In this document: positions 8,349 through 16,858 of the stretch, one piece after another
Position numbering within the stretch: the first letter of the stretch is position 1
Layout of the letters: every line of letters starts with the position of its first letter
Assembly (NCBI GenBank): GCA_020052235.1
Contig: JAGVPM010000123.1
Span: 1-61,035 of the forward strand
Source: Candidatus Goldiibacteriota bacterium
Lineage (GTDB): Bacteria > Oederibacteriota > JAAXVQ01
Reading direction: 5' to 3'
Length of the DNA stretch: 61,035 bases
The notes under the pieces: generated by a model
The model's input: only the letters and a program-made list of their open reading frames with translations
Database searches by the model: none
Told to the model about the DNA's origin: nothing
Made by a program: the position numbers and the translations under genes

Positions 8349-8543
8349 GCGGCCCGCCCGTTGACTCAAGATAAAGGGTAACCGAGAAAGATTAGAAAGA
8401 AAGCTTTAATGAGCGGCAAGATAAGCTGCCGCTAAACCAGTCGGCGGAGAGGAGCCGACCCCGGTAAAAATTGGCAGCCTAGGTGCGAGGAGGCGGGCAT
8501 TGGGGCGTAATTGCCGTACGCCTATACCTGTAACGAAAATTAA

Positions 8544-10571
8544 GTGGTGAAAATAAAAAAGCAACGACTTGATTATTATTTGAAAGGAAATACAGTTCAC
8601 GTGGATGCTATTAAATCAGAAAAAAAATATTGGTTTTTTTCACTTATTGGCCTCGGCATACTAGCGGTCATTCAAACTTTGCTCCGGTTGCATTATATAA
8701 ATATGCCGCTATTTACAGATTTTGCGGTTTACACATATATAGGGCATGCCCTAGGCAATGGCGGATTATTATATACCGATTTAATAGATAACAAACCGCC
8801 TGCCATTTATATCACGTATATGTTGGCGGAAAAGGTTTTTGGCTATAATCAAACAACGGTATGTCTGTTGGGGATTGTTTTTTCGTTCGTTTCGCTCGTT
8901 TTTGTTTTTTTATTACTTCGTCGTTTAGGTGGATACATTGTAGCTTTAATTGGTGCTGCCTTTTGGATTTTAGTTTCTTCTACGCCGGCTTTACAGGCGG
9001 AGTTTCCGAACACGGAACTTTTTATTAATTCGTTTATATTAATTGCACTTTGGAGTTTTGCGGAATATTTAAATAATAAAAGAAACTTTTTATACATTAC
9101 CGGCATTGCATTGGCTGTGGCATCCTTTTATAAAATGAATGTTGTTTTTGTTTTAGCTGCATTGGCGCTTTATGTAATGCTGCATAAACCTGGCGAAAAG
9201 ACAGTGTTCGGACAGCTTGCAAAGGAAATGTCTAAACTTGTTTTACCAAGCGTTATTTTATGGGGAATAACATTTATTTATTTTGGCGTGCAAAATCGAT
9301 TTGATGATATCTACAATGTGCTTTTCAAAGCGTTGAGTCAATATGCCGGGAATATTTTTGGCAACGAATGGGAATTTGTGAAAACAACCTGGTTTTTATT
9401 TATTCCTATGCTTAAAGAAATTTGGATTTTAAATATATTTTCGTGGCTTTGGATTGTTATGGTTTTTATTTTGAAACCGGCAAAACAAAAGCTCTGGCTT
9501 CTTTACGGTTTTGCCGGTGTGTTGCTGGTTATTGGTTCATTGAGGGCGGGCTCACCGCATTATTTTCAAGTTTTACTCCCCTTGTTTTGCATCATGAGCG
9601 CTTTGTTTTTTAAAGATGTTTTTGAACAATTGAAGCAACGGCCTAAATGGACTTGGACGGTTTTGGGCGGCGTTTTGGCGATACCGATAGTTATATTAGG
9701 ATACTACCAATTCAATTACATGAAAATTAATCCCGAGAGGACGGCAATACAAAAATATGGATATTCGCCATCGGATGACCGTGAATTGGGGCGGATACTT
9801 AAAAGCCTAACCAGGCCGGAAGAAACTATTTTTCAATGGGGACTTGCACCGTCGCTTTATTTTTACAGTCAGAGAAAAGCAGCGTCGGGTTTCTTGCTCA
9901 ATCAAATTTTTTATTTTGCCCCTCACCCGCTAGACCGGGTTTTATATGCAAAAATGGTTGAGGATCTTCGTTCTTCACAGCCCGTATTTATTGTTTTTAC
10001 TTCATGGACTGCCAGGTTGGTGGACGATGCTTTTTTTCAAGTGATTAAAAAAGATTATACGTTTTTTGGTTTATACGGAAAATATGTCATCTTTGAACGC
10101 AAATATCGGTTGAATCGTTTTGAAAACGTACTTCAACAATATCAGCATCCTACGGAACCAGCGGATCATCCCTGGGAGGGAGTCCGGCTTCGATTGGCGG
10201 CGCAGACAAAGCAACTATCTGCATTTCGCAATACCAATGTTCCACCGAAACCGTTTGAACGGGATTTGTTTATTCCCAAACCTGATTCTCCACAATATGA
10301 ATCAGTGATGAAAGGGATTGGGCTCTATAGAAACGGTGATCTTCGGAGCGCTGAAGGATTATTGCGGAAGATTGCGGAAAAAAATACAGGGAATTTTGCC
10401 GCTATGGCGAATCTTGGTCTGATGTATGAAAAATATGGATTGCATCATTTGGCTTTAACAAATTATCAAGCCGTGGCAGAAAAATATGGGCATCCATGGA
10501 TTGATTATTTCCAAGAAGCGCGTTTTTCATTATGCCGTGAGGCAGAACGACTTGTACAGGAAACCAAATAG
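8544..10571 (+). CDS. ArnT/PMT_2-like GT-C membrane glycosyltransferase with a C-terminal TPR region
   Basis: About 12 predicted TM helices. The first periplasmic loop is LYTDLIDNKPPAIYITYMLAEKVFG. The soluble C-terminus has TPR-like repeats (GDLRSAEGLLRKIAE, ANLGLMYEKYGLHHLALTNYQAV). GTG start is uncertain. Confidence 0.7.
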   Translation: MVKIKKQRLDYYLKGNTVHVDAIKSEKKYWFFSLIGLGILAVIQTLLRLHYINMPLFTDFAVYTYIGHALGNGGLLYTDLIDNKPPAIYITYMLAEKVFGYNQTTVCLLGIVFSFVSLVFVFLLLRRLGGYIVALIGAAFWILVSSTPALQAEFPNTELFINSFILIALWSFAEYLNNKRNFLYITGIALAVASFYKMNVVFVLAALALYVMLHKPGEKTVFGQLAKEMSKLVLPSVILWGITFIYFGVQNRFDDIYNVLFKALSQYAGNIFGNEWEFVKTTWFLFIPMLKEIWILNIFSWLWIVMVFILKPAKQKLWLLYGFAGVLLVIGSLRAGSPHYFQVLLPLFCIMSALFFKDVFEQLKQRPKWTWTVLGGVLAIPIVILGYYQFNYMKINPERTAIQKYGYSPSDDRELGRILKSLTRPEETIFQWGLAPSLYFYSQRKAASGFLLNQIFYFAPHPLDRVLYAKMVEDLRSSQPVFIVFTSWTARLVDDAFFQVIKKDYTFFGLYGKYVIFERKYRLNRFENVLQQYQHPTEPADHPWEGVRLRLAAQTKQLSAFRNTNVPPKPFERDLFIPKPDSPQYESVMKGIGLYRNGDLRSAEGLLRKIAEKNTGNFAAMANLGLMYEKYGLHHLALTNYQAVAEKYGHPWIDYFQEARFSLCREAERLVQETK

Positions 10572-10585
10572 GTTGGGGGTTTACC

Positions 10586-13375
10586 ATGACTAGTTATGTA
10601 TTGAAGTGTTTTTTAGGGTTAATTTATTTAACTGGATTTTCAGTGATTGCTTGTGCTGATTGGGTGCAGGATGTTGATACTTCGAATGCAAATGGGAGTT
10701 TAAATATTGATCCGAGCAAAGGAGCGGGAGGGCCGCCTGCAATTACTTTTAATAACGAGGTTGCTTACGTAACGTGGTTCGAGACAAACGGAAGTGCTTA
10801 CCTGGTCTATGTCAAGCATCTGAGTGGCACGACATGGGTGCAAGATGGCGGGCCTTTGAATGTCAATACAAGCCAACACGCTTCTGGCCCCCAAATTGCT
10901 TTTACCGGGAATATTCCATATGTAACTTGGTGTGAAAGCATTGGCGCAACGCACCGAGTGTATGTGAAATCCTTTAATGGCACTGCTTGGAGTTCGGGGA
11001 CGAGTTTAAATAAAAACGCAAGCAAAGATGCGATATGCCCGAGCATAGCCGCCTATGGGAGCACTCCCTATGTCGCTTGGCGGGAAAGGGATGCTTCGAA
11101 CATAGATCAAGTTTATGTAAAACATTTCAATGGCAGTTCGTGGATTCAAGACGGAACTGGGTCTCTTAATGTGAATAGTTCTTTATGGGTGTCAGCAGGC
11201 CCTTATATCGCAATGGCAGGGGCAACACCTTACGTTTCGTGGTCGGAAGGCGGTGGCGCAAATCTTTATGTCAAGCATTGTGTTGGCGGTTTTTGGAATT
11301 TGGATGGTGGAGGGTCTGTCAGCACCCAGGCATTCAACGGTCATGGTCTTACAGTTTTTAATTCCACGCCCTATATCGTGTATTCCACTCATGAATTTGG
11401 TGATTGTCTTCAAATCAAAAAGTTGGATACTGGCAGTTGGGTTCAAGTAGGAGATACACTACCGCTATCGCTTGTCCCGCAGATTAGTTTCGCAGGAACA
11501 ACACCATATATCGCGTTTCGCCGAAATGTCAGTGTTGATACAGTATTTGTTCAACATTTGGTGGTGGATCATTGGGTTCAAGATGGAACCGGATTGAATA
11601 TTGATCCAACCCGGTATGCCAGTTATCCGAAAATTGCCGTTAATGGGAGCACACCTTATATTACTTGGTATGAGGATTTTGGTGCGCCGGGGCTTCAACA
11701 GCAAATTTATGTCAAACATCTTGTTGGCATTATTCCAACCCTTTCTTTAATATCACCAAATCACGGTTTGGCTGGTGGGACGGTCAATATTAAATTGGTT
11801 GGGCCCAATTTTGTTTCTCCGTTTGTTGTTAAGCTGGTTCGTTCTGGTGGAACGGAAGAAATCGCCGCTACCAGTAGTGTGTTGACTAAGCCTACTTTAA
11901 TCAGTGCGACATTTGATCTGGCGTCAGCCGTGGCGGGTTTTTATGATATTAAAGTTGAAAGCAATAATCAGCAGGACTCATTAAAGCGGTCATTTTTAGT
12001 CTTGTCGGCGCGGCCCCAGCAATTTAACTGGGTTGTTCAAGATTTGATAAAATTAACCACGCCTTCCCTAGGCGGAAAACTCGGCGGACTGGCAATTGGC
12101 GACGGTGATAATGACGGCCTGCAAGAAATATATGCGGCAAACCGCAATCAAAATATTTTTAAAGTTCGGAAATTGAACGACAGTTGGCCGATCACATCAT
12201 TGCCAACGGGGAGTTTCGGGGAATATTACGATGATATAGCGGTCCTGGATGGCAATAGTGACAGCTCGGTTGAGGTTTACGGCGGAACGTATGATAATCA
12301 TATATATCAATTCAGCGGAGCGAGTTGGGCCAAAGGAGATTTGGGAACGGCAACGGATAAAATATATACTCTAGCAAATGGCGATGGAAATAACGACGGC
12401 TGGCCGGAAATTTATGGCGGCAGCGCGGATGGCCATGTTTACCAGTTTCAAAAATTAAATACCTGGACGAAAACCGATCTGGGTTCAACGGGTTCTCCAA
12501 TATATTCCGTGGCAGTCGGTGACGGAGATGGTGATAATAATTTTGAGGTCTACGCCGCTTGCCCGGATCACAATCTCTATCAATTTAAATACAACGGTGT
12601 GAGTTGGGCGAAAACCATAGTTGGCGCGGGCTTGGGAGAAATGTACACAGTAGTTACGGGAGATGCCAACCATGACGGCGGCAGGGAAGTTTATTCTACT
12701 AATGAAGACGGAAAATTATATCAATTTAAATGGCAAGTGACCAGTTGGGCAAAATCCGAGATAGCGGTGTTGCCGGGAAAAGCTTATGGCTTGGTATTTA
12801 ATGACGGCGAGAATATAGGGACGGATGAACTGTTTGTTGCCTGCGATGATGGGCATGCTTATCAAGTCAAATATGAAACTAATCAATGGACTAAATATGA
12901 TCTGGGAACTGCAAGCACGCCTTTATACCGCCTGGCCATCGGCGATGCGGATAATGACAATCAACACGAGATTTATGCTTTGGGAGACAATAATCATGTG
13001 TATCAATTCAAGGCTGGGGCTTTACAACCTACCCCGACGCCTACCCCCGCGCCAATACTTACACCCACCCCGGCGCCTGATTTCCAAGGCCGTGTCATTG
13101 ATCCCAAATATTTTTACGTCTATCCCAACCCCACGCATGGGGTGAATGTGAAGTTTCGGTTTTTCCTGCCCCAAAGCGCGGATGTGAGAATAAAGATTTT
13201 TACGACCACGGATAAATTTGTTTGGGAAACCGGAACACGGAATTATCCCGCGGGCTGGAGCGAGTTAGTCTGGAATGCCTCGGGCATGTGCAATGGCGTG
13301 TACTTTTACCTCGGCGAAGCGTGGAATGATAATGGGAAGGAAAAAGTCGTGAAAAAACTGGTGTTGTTGAAATAG
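10586..13375 (+). CDS. Secreted multi-domain protein: about 7-blade beta-propeller, IPT/TIG, 7 FG-GAP/VCBS-like repeats, PT-rich linker and a T9SS-type C-terminal sorting domain
   Basis: Signal peptide with a lipobox-like VIAC. About seven repeats of roughly 50 aa (TPYV.W.E....VYVKH.NG..W.Q.G..LN). TIG-like segment LISPNHGLAGGTVNIKLVG. Seven GDGDNDG..EIY....H.YQFK repeats. Linker PTPTPTPAPILTPTPAP. C-terminus is YVYPNPTHG...VRIKIF...NGVYFY...KKLVLLK. Confidence 0.75.
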   Translation: MTSYVLKCFLGLIYLTGFSVIACADWVQDVDTSNANGSLNIDPSKGAGGPPAITFNNEVAYVTWFETNGSAYLVYVKHLSGTTWVQDGGPLNVNTSQHASGPQIAFTGNIPYVTWCESIGATHRVYVKSFNGTAWSSGTSLNKNASKDAICPSIAAYGSTPYVAWRERDASNIDQVYVKHFNGSSWIQDGTGSLNVNSSLWVSAGPYIAMAGATPYVSWSEGGGANLYVKHCVGGFWNLDGGGSVSTQAFNGHGLTVFNSTPYIVYSTHEFGDCLQIKKLDTGSWVQVGDTLPLSLVPQISFAGTTPYIAFRRNVSVDTVFVQHLVVDHWVQDGTGLNIDPTRYASYPKIAVNGSTPYITWYEDFGAPGLQQQIYVKHLVGIIPTLSLISPNHGLAGGTVNIKLVGPNFVSPFVVKLVRSGGTEEIAATSSVLTKPTLISATFDLASAVAGFYDIKVESNNQQDSLKRSFLVLSARPQQFNWVVQDLIKLTTPSLGGKLGGLAIGDGDNDGLQEIYAANRNQNIFKVRKLNDSWPITSLPTGSFGEYYDDIAVLDGNSDSSVEVYGGTYDNHIYQFSGASWAKGDLGTATDKIYTLANGDGNNDGWPEIYGGSADGHVYQFQKLNTWTKTDLGSTGSPIYSVAVGDGDGDNNFEVYAACPDHNLYQFKYNGVSWAKTIVGAGLGEMYTVVTGDANHDGGREVYSTNEDGKLYQFKWQVTSWAKSEIAVLPGKAYGLVFNDGENIGTDELFVACDDGHAYQVKYETNQWTKYDLGTASTPLYRLAIGDADNDNQHEIYALGDNNHVYQFKAGALQPTPTPTPAPILTPTPAPDFQGRVIDPKYFYVYPNPTHGVNVKFRFFLPQSADVRIKIFTTTDKFVWETGTRNYPAGWSELVWNASGMCNGVYFYLGEAWNDNGKEKVVKKLVLLK

Positions 13376-13384
13376 GCGCAGGCA

Positions 13385-13471
13385 TTTGTCATTTCGAACG
13401 AAGTGAGAAATCTGATAAAAGTTTATAAATAAGAGCAATACAGATTTCTCGGCTTGCCTCGAAATGACAAA
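13385..13471 (+). repeat. MITE-like 87-bp element, copy A
   Basis: 13-bp terminal inverted repeats TTTGTCATTTCGA / TCGAAATGACAAA and inner inverted repeat GAGAAATCT / AGATTTCTC. It is near-identical, in inverted orientation, to 24682-24770. Confidence 0.8.
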
Positions 13472-13509
13472 CAAAAAAGATGGGTTTTAAAAATAGGGGG
13501 AAATGAACT

Positions 13510-14805
13510 GTGAAAAAGTTGGTGTTATTTAGCTGCTTATTATGCTGCCTGACTTGGCAGGCCTGGGCGGAAAGTAATAATTACGGGCCCGGTGACTTTT
13601 TTTTAGACCAAGGCGCGGGGGCCCGCGCCAGCGGCATGGGCGGGGCGTTTGTGGCCGTGGCTGACGATGCCACGGCGGGGTATTGGAATCCGGCGGGGCT
13701 TTCGCAAATGGACCTGTATGTTTATCAAGCCGGGTTGCAGTATACTTTTTTATCCCGTGATAGGAGCGCGAGTTTATTAAGCTATGCGTTTTATTGGCCT
13801 GATGCTGGCAATTTTTCCGTAATGTGGATGAATTATTCCATAGGCAATATTGAAGCGCGGGATGAAAACGGCGATCAGCTTAGTTCGATCACCAGCACGG
13901 AAAATACGTTCCTCCTAAGTTATGGCCGGAAAATGTATGAGTGGGCCAATGGCTTGAGCTTGGGGCTGAGTTTTAAAATGCTGCACCAGGGCATTGATGG
14001 GTATTCGGCGTATGGTCCCGGATTGGACGCAGGCGTTTTGTGGCAGCCGGTGATGTATTTGGATCATATGGTAGGCGTGAATGTGCAGAATTTACTGCAA
14101 AGCGTGCGTTGGAATGATTCAGGTATTATGGATACTTCGCCCATCAATCTAAAGATTGGTACGGCTTTAAAATTTTTCCGTTCCTCGGAAGAAATTTATT
14201 TTAACCATCTGATTCAAACCATGGACGTAAATATTTCCGAACATTCCCGTTTGGATTTCCAAACCGGTATTGAGTGCTGGTATACGCGGAGCCTGGGCAT
14301 GCGCGTTGGGTATAGCGGCCAGGAGGTCATGGCCGGAGCGTCCTATCGCCCGGAAAATTTTGAAATTGATTATGCGTTTCATTATAGTTTGGGAGAACTG
14401 TCCAACAATCAGCACCGGGTTTCGCTGTTGCTGCGTTTCAAATCCGCCCCCGTGCCGCGCGCCGAGCGCGTGGGGATGCCGGAATTAAAGGAAACCATTG
14501 AACCGGAAATTTCCGTGCACGAAGATTCCACGCCACACGACGATGCCAATGCACCTAAAATCAAGGCAGCCGTTTTGGAGATTCAGCGCGTTGGGGGCAA
14601 AGCCTATAAGGTTATTTTAAACGTGGGCGCAAACCAAGGGATTAAACGGGGTTACCAAGGCTCGCTGGTGGATGCCGGAGGCCAGGCTATGGCGGGGTTT
14701 ATCGTACAGCAAGTTGATCCGAAACTGTGTTTGGCTGAAATTGCCGGGGTGGCGAAAGACGTGCCGAATGACGCGACGGCGATTATCCGGCTACCGGTGA
14801 AGTAA
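13510..14805 (+). CDS. Outer-membrane beta-barrel of the FadL/TodX-PorV/PorQ superfamily with a C-terminal soluble extension
   Basis: Signal peptide. N-terminal GARASGMGGAFVAVADDATAGYWNPAGL is the plug/first-strand signature of this superfamily. An alternating beta pattern runs to about residue 310, followed by a roughly 110-aa tail. It lies downstream of a T9SS-CTD cargo gene. Confidence 0.6.
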   Translation: MKKLVLFSCLLCCLTWQAWAESNNYGPGDFFLDQGAGARASGMGGAFVAVADDATAGYWNPAGLSQMDLYVYQAGLQYTFLSRDRSASLLSYAFYWPDAGNFSVMWMNYSIGNIEARDENGDQLSSITSTENTFLLSYGRKMYEWANGLSLGLSFKMLHQGIDGYSAYGPGLDAGVLWQPVMYLDHMVGVNVQNLLQSVRWNDSGIMDTSPINLKIGTALKFFRSSEEIYFNHLIQTMDVNISEHSRLDFQTGIECWYTRSLGMRVGYSGQEVMAGASYRPENFEIDYAFHYSLGELSNNQHRVSLLLRFKSAPVPRAERVGMPELKETIEPEISVHEDSTPHDDANAPKIKAAVLEIQRVGGKAYKVILNVGANQGIKRGYQGSLVDAGGQAMAGFIVQQVDPKLCLAEIAGVAKDVPNDATAIIRLPVK

Positions 14806-14840
14806 ATTATTTTTGCTGCCCGGCAATGTGCTGATAACGG
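14752..14840 (+). repeat. 88-bp direct repeat, left copy (flanks the inserted cassette)
   Basis: GCGAAAGACGTGCCGAATGACGCGACGGCGATTATCCGGCTACCGGTGAAGTAAATTATTTTTGCTGCCCGGCAATGTGCTGATAACGG. The last 38 bp are identical to 15746-15783. The first part is diverged at about 9 positions. Confidence 0.9.
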
Positions 14841-15016
14841 AATTGGTGCCAGGCACGAAATGTTTTATTTTTCCTTGAATTTTCCGGCTGGCTCCGCTTC
14901 GTGACAGGATTTTGATTGGACCGAAATTACGCTTGGCAAAATCAATGTGCAGTATTACTATTCAAGGGACCCGGGAAGGTGGAATCCGGATTATGGTGAA
15001 CTGTAAGGAGAAATAG

Positions 15017-15511
15017 ATGCGATTTCTCGACATATTTAAAGAGCTGAACCGGAGAAGAATAAAATATCTGGTGGCCGGCGGGATGGCAGTGAACCTGCAC
15101 GGGTATATACGCGCGACAGCTGATTTGGATATAATGCTGCTGCTGGAAGACCTAAATATATCAAGATTTATAAAAATGGTAAAAGGTTTAGGTTACCAGC
15201 CTCGGGTACCTGTGGCATTGATGGATTTTGCGAAGCAGGAGAAACGGGAAGAATGGAAAAACGCCAAGGAAATGAAGGTGTTCTCCGTATTTAATCCGCA
15301 AAACATTATGGAAGGCATCGATGTCATGCTTGAGGATGTGATTTCATTTAAAGCGGCATACAAGCGGCATGAGATTGTCCGGATAGGCCGTGTGAAAGTG
15401 CCCGTGGCATCAATACTTGATTTGATTAAGCTGAAAGAACATGCCGGGCGGGAACGGGATAAAATAGATATAGCCGCCTTGAAGAAAATAAAGGGGTTAA
15501 AAAATGATTAA
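15017..15511 (+). CDS. Nucleotidyltransferase-fold protein (minimal NTase / DUF6036-like), cassette gene 1
   Basis: 164 aa. LVAGGMAVNLHGYIRATADLDIML fits the G[GS]-x9-13-D-x-D polymerase-beta-type NTase motif. GGAG RBS. It overlaps the next ORF by 8 nt. Confidence 0.5.
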   Translation: MRFLDIFKELNRRRIKYLVAGGMAVNLHGYIRATADLDIMLLLEDLNISRFIKMVKGLGYQPRVPVALMDFAKQEKREEWKNAKEMKVFSVFNPQNIMEGIDVMLEDVISFKAAYKRHEIVRIGRVKVPVASILDLIKLKEHAGRERDKIDIAALKKIKGLKND

Positions 15512-15689
15512 AGCAACAAAAAGGATGGCCGGGAGAGGTTTGGTGGATGTGGAATATATCCGGCGCTGCCTAAAACTTACGGCGTATGAGCGCTTGCGGG
15601 AACTGGAAGCATTGAACGGGTTTTTATTTAAAGCCATGTCCCATAAGAGTAAACAGGTTTGGGTGCGATTGAAAGAACAGGGATGGTAA
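15504..15689 (+). CDS. Small helical protein, cassette gene 2 (possible TA partner)
   Basis: 61 aa, translationally coupled (ATGATTAA overlap) to the NTase-fold gene. No recognisable motif. Confidence 0.4.
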   Translation: MIKATKRMAGRGLVDVEYIRRCLKLTAYERLRELEALNGFLFKAMSHKSKQVWVRLKEQGW

Positions 15690-15695
15690 TTGCGC

Positions 15696-15783
15696 GCGAA
15701 AAGGTGCCGAACGACGCAACGGCGATTATCCGGCTGCCGGTAGGGTGAATTATTTTTGCTGCCCGGCAATGTGCTGATAACGG
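15696..15783 (+). repeat. 88-bp direct repeat, right copy
   Basis: GCGAAAAGGTGCCGAACGACGCAACGGCGATTATCCGGCTGCCGGTAGGGTGAATTATTTTTGCTGCCCGGCAATGTGCTGATAACGG. It includes a dead copy of the barrel-gene 3' end (..PNDATAIIRLPVG*) and the true 3' end of the PilZ gene. Confidence 0.9.
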
Positions 15784-16433
15784 GAAAGCCGCATGACTTG
15801 CAGGTGATTGATCATGCGGGCCATCCGGTCATACTCTTTCGCATCCGTGAATTCAAAGCGGGCTCCGATCCTATAGCCGTCCGGCCGCCCGGCCCGGCAC
15901 CAGCGGACTTTTAGAATAAGCGGGTCGTCCGGCCTTTGCGCCGCGAATACATCCATCAATTTATCAATTTTCAAAATGGTTTCCGGAGGTAAAAACCGTA
16001 CTGTTTTCAATCCCAAGCCTCCGGCTGAAATATCAAACAAGGTGGCAGGCATTGGGCCAAGAATATTTCCTTCGGGAAGTATGACTTGCGAAATGACTAC
16101 CGGGGCGCGGTGTTCCAGGCGGTAAAAGGTTCTGCGTTGAATGCGTTCCAATTGATTTTGGTGTTCCACCAATAAACCGGGCGGGTGCTGGCTTACCTCC
16201 AGCACCTTGCCCTTTAATCCGTAAATGCTGTCTTCCCGGACCGTGCTCAATTCAACGCGCATCTCCGGAAGAAACGTGGCCACCCGCCACCATTGGTCGG
16301 GCAATTCCAGCGCCAAATGATGCTGGTCGCATTTTCGGACCCAGGGATGAAACCGCAGCGGAAATTTGGCATCCTGCAGGGCAAGAATTATTTTATGGCC
16401 GACCATGAATACTTCAATTGCCGATAAATACAT
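15750..16433 (-). CDS. YcgR-like PilZ-domain c-di-GMP receptor (putative flagellar brake)
   Basis: Canonical PilZ motifs RRTFYR (RxxxR) and DISAGGLG (D/NxSxxG), with a roughly 100-aa N-terminal PilZN-like region. Start at the ATG at 16433 or the TTG at 16451, which overlaps the upstream stop. Confidence 0.8.
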   Translation of the reverse strand: MYLSAIEVFMVGHKIILALQDAKFPLRFHPWVRKCDQHHLALELPDQWWRVATFLPEMRVELSTVREDSIYGLKGKVLEVSQHPPGLLVEHQNQLERIQRRTFYRLEHRAPVVISQVILPEGNILGPMPATLFDISAGGLGLKTVRFLPPETILKIDKLMDVFAAQRPDDPLILKVRWCRAGRPDGYRIGARFEFTDAKEYDRMARMINHLQVMRLSRYQHIAGQQK

Positions 16434-16447
16434 TCCGGCCGCCCCCG

Positions 16448-16762
16448 TCAAATGGTTACATCCAAGCGATGTTCCGGTTCATCGGTGCTTTCCCGGACCA
16501 ATTCCACGGTTGGGGCGGACGATTCCTGCGTGCCGCTCCCGCCGCTTTCCTGACTCTGTTTTTTCGAGGCTTCATCCCTTTTGGTTTCGGTCCGCACGCC
16601 TTCCCGTTTGAGCTGAACTTTTTCATTTTTATGCTCTCGCTGAACGGTGAACTGCGCAGCCAGATTGGCCTGTTGTTGGATGTCATCCCGCTGCGCCGCG
16701 ACGGTTTTTTCCACCAAGGGCGTGCGCCCCAGCATGTTCTGCAGCTCGATTGGTTCCACCAT
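16448..16762 (-). CDS. Hypothetical charged protein between fliA and the PilZ gene
   Basis: 104 aa, rich in K/E/Q, with no recognised motif. Same strand, and its stop overlaps the PilZ ORF start. Confidence 0.5.
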   Translation of the reverse strand: MVEPIELQNMLGRTPLVEKTVAAQRDDIQQQANLAAQFTVQREHKNEKVQLKREGVRTETKRDEASKKQSQESGGSGTQESSAPTVELVRESTDEPEHRLDVTI

Positions 16763-16792
16763 TTTGGCTCACCCCCTGAGGGTGGTGGAGCT

Positions 16793-16851
16793 TTCCTATC
16801 TGCGTTGGGGTGCTTCGCCCCCAAGCCCCCGCCTCTGTTCTAAGATGAGGC
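16793..16851 (+). repeat. 59-bp dispersed repeat, copy 2 (direct with 2991-3049)
   Basis: Same sequence as copy 1 apart from two substitutions. It lies just downstream of the fliA stop on the opposite strand. Confidence 0.8.
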
Positions 16852-16858
16852 CTGCGTT

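Noticed and set aside
13265-13474. 69-aa ORF with the ..ISHFVRNDK.. peptide
   Set aside because: It reads through the MITE-like element and the 3' end of the propeller gene on the wrong strand. Peptides of this kind are a known by-product of hairpin repeats.
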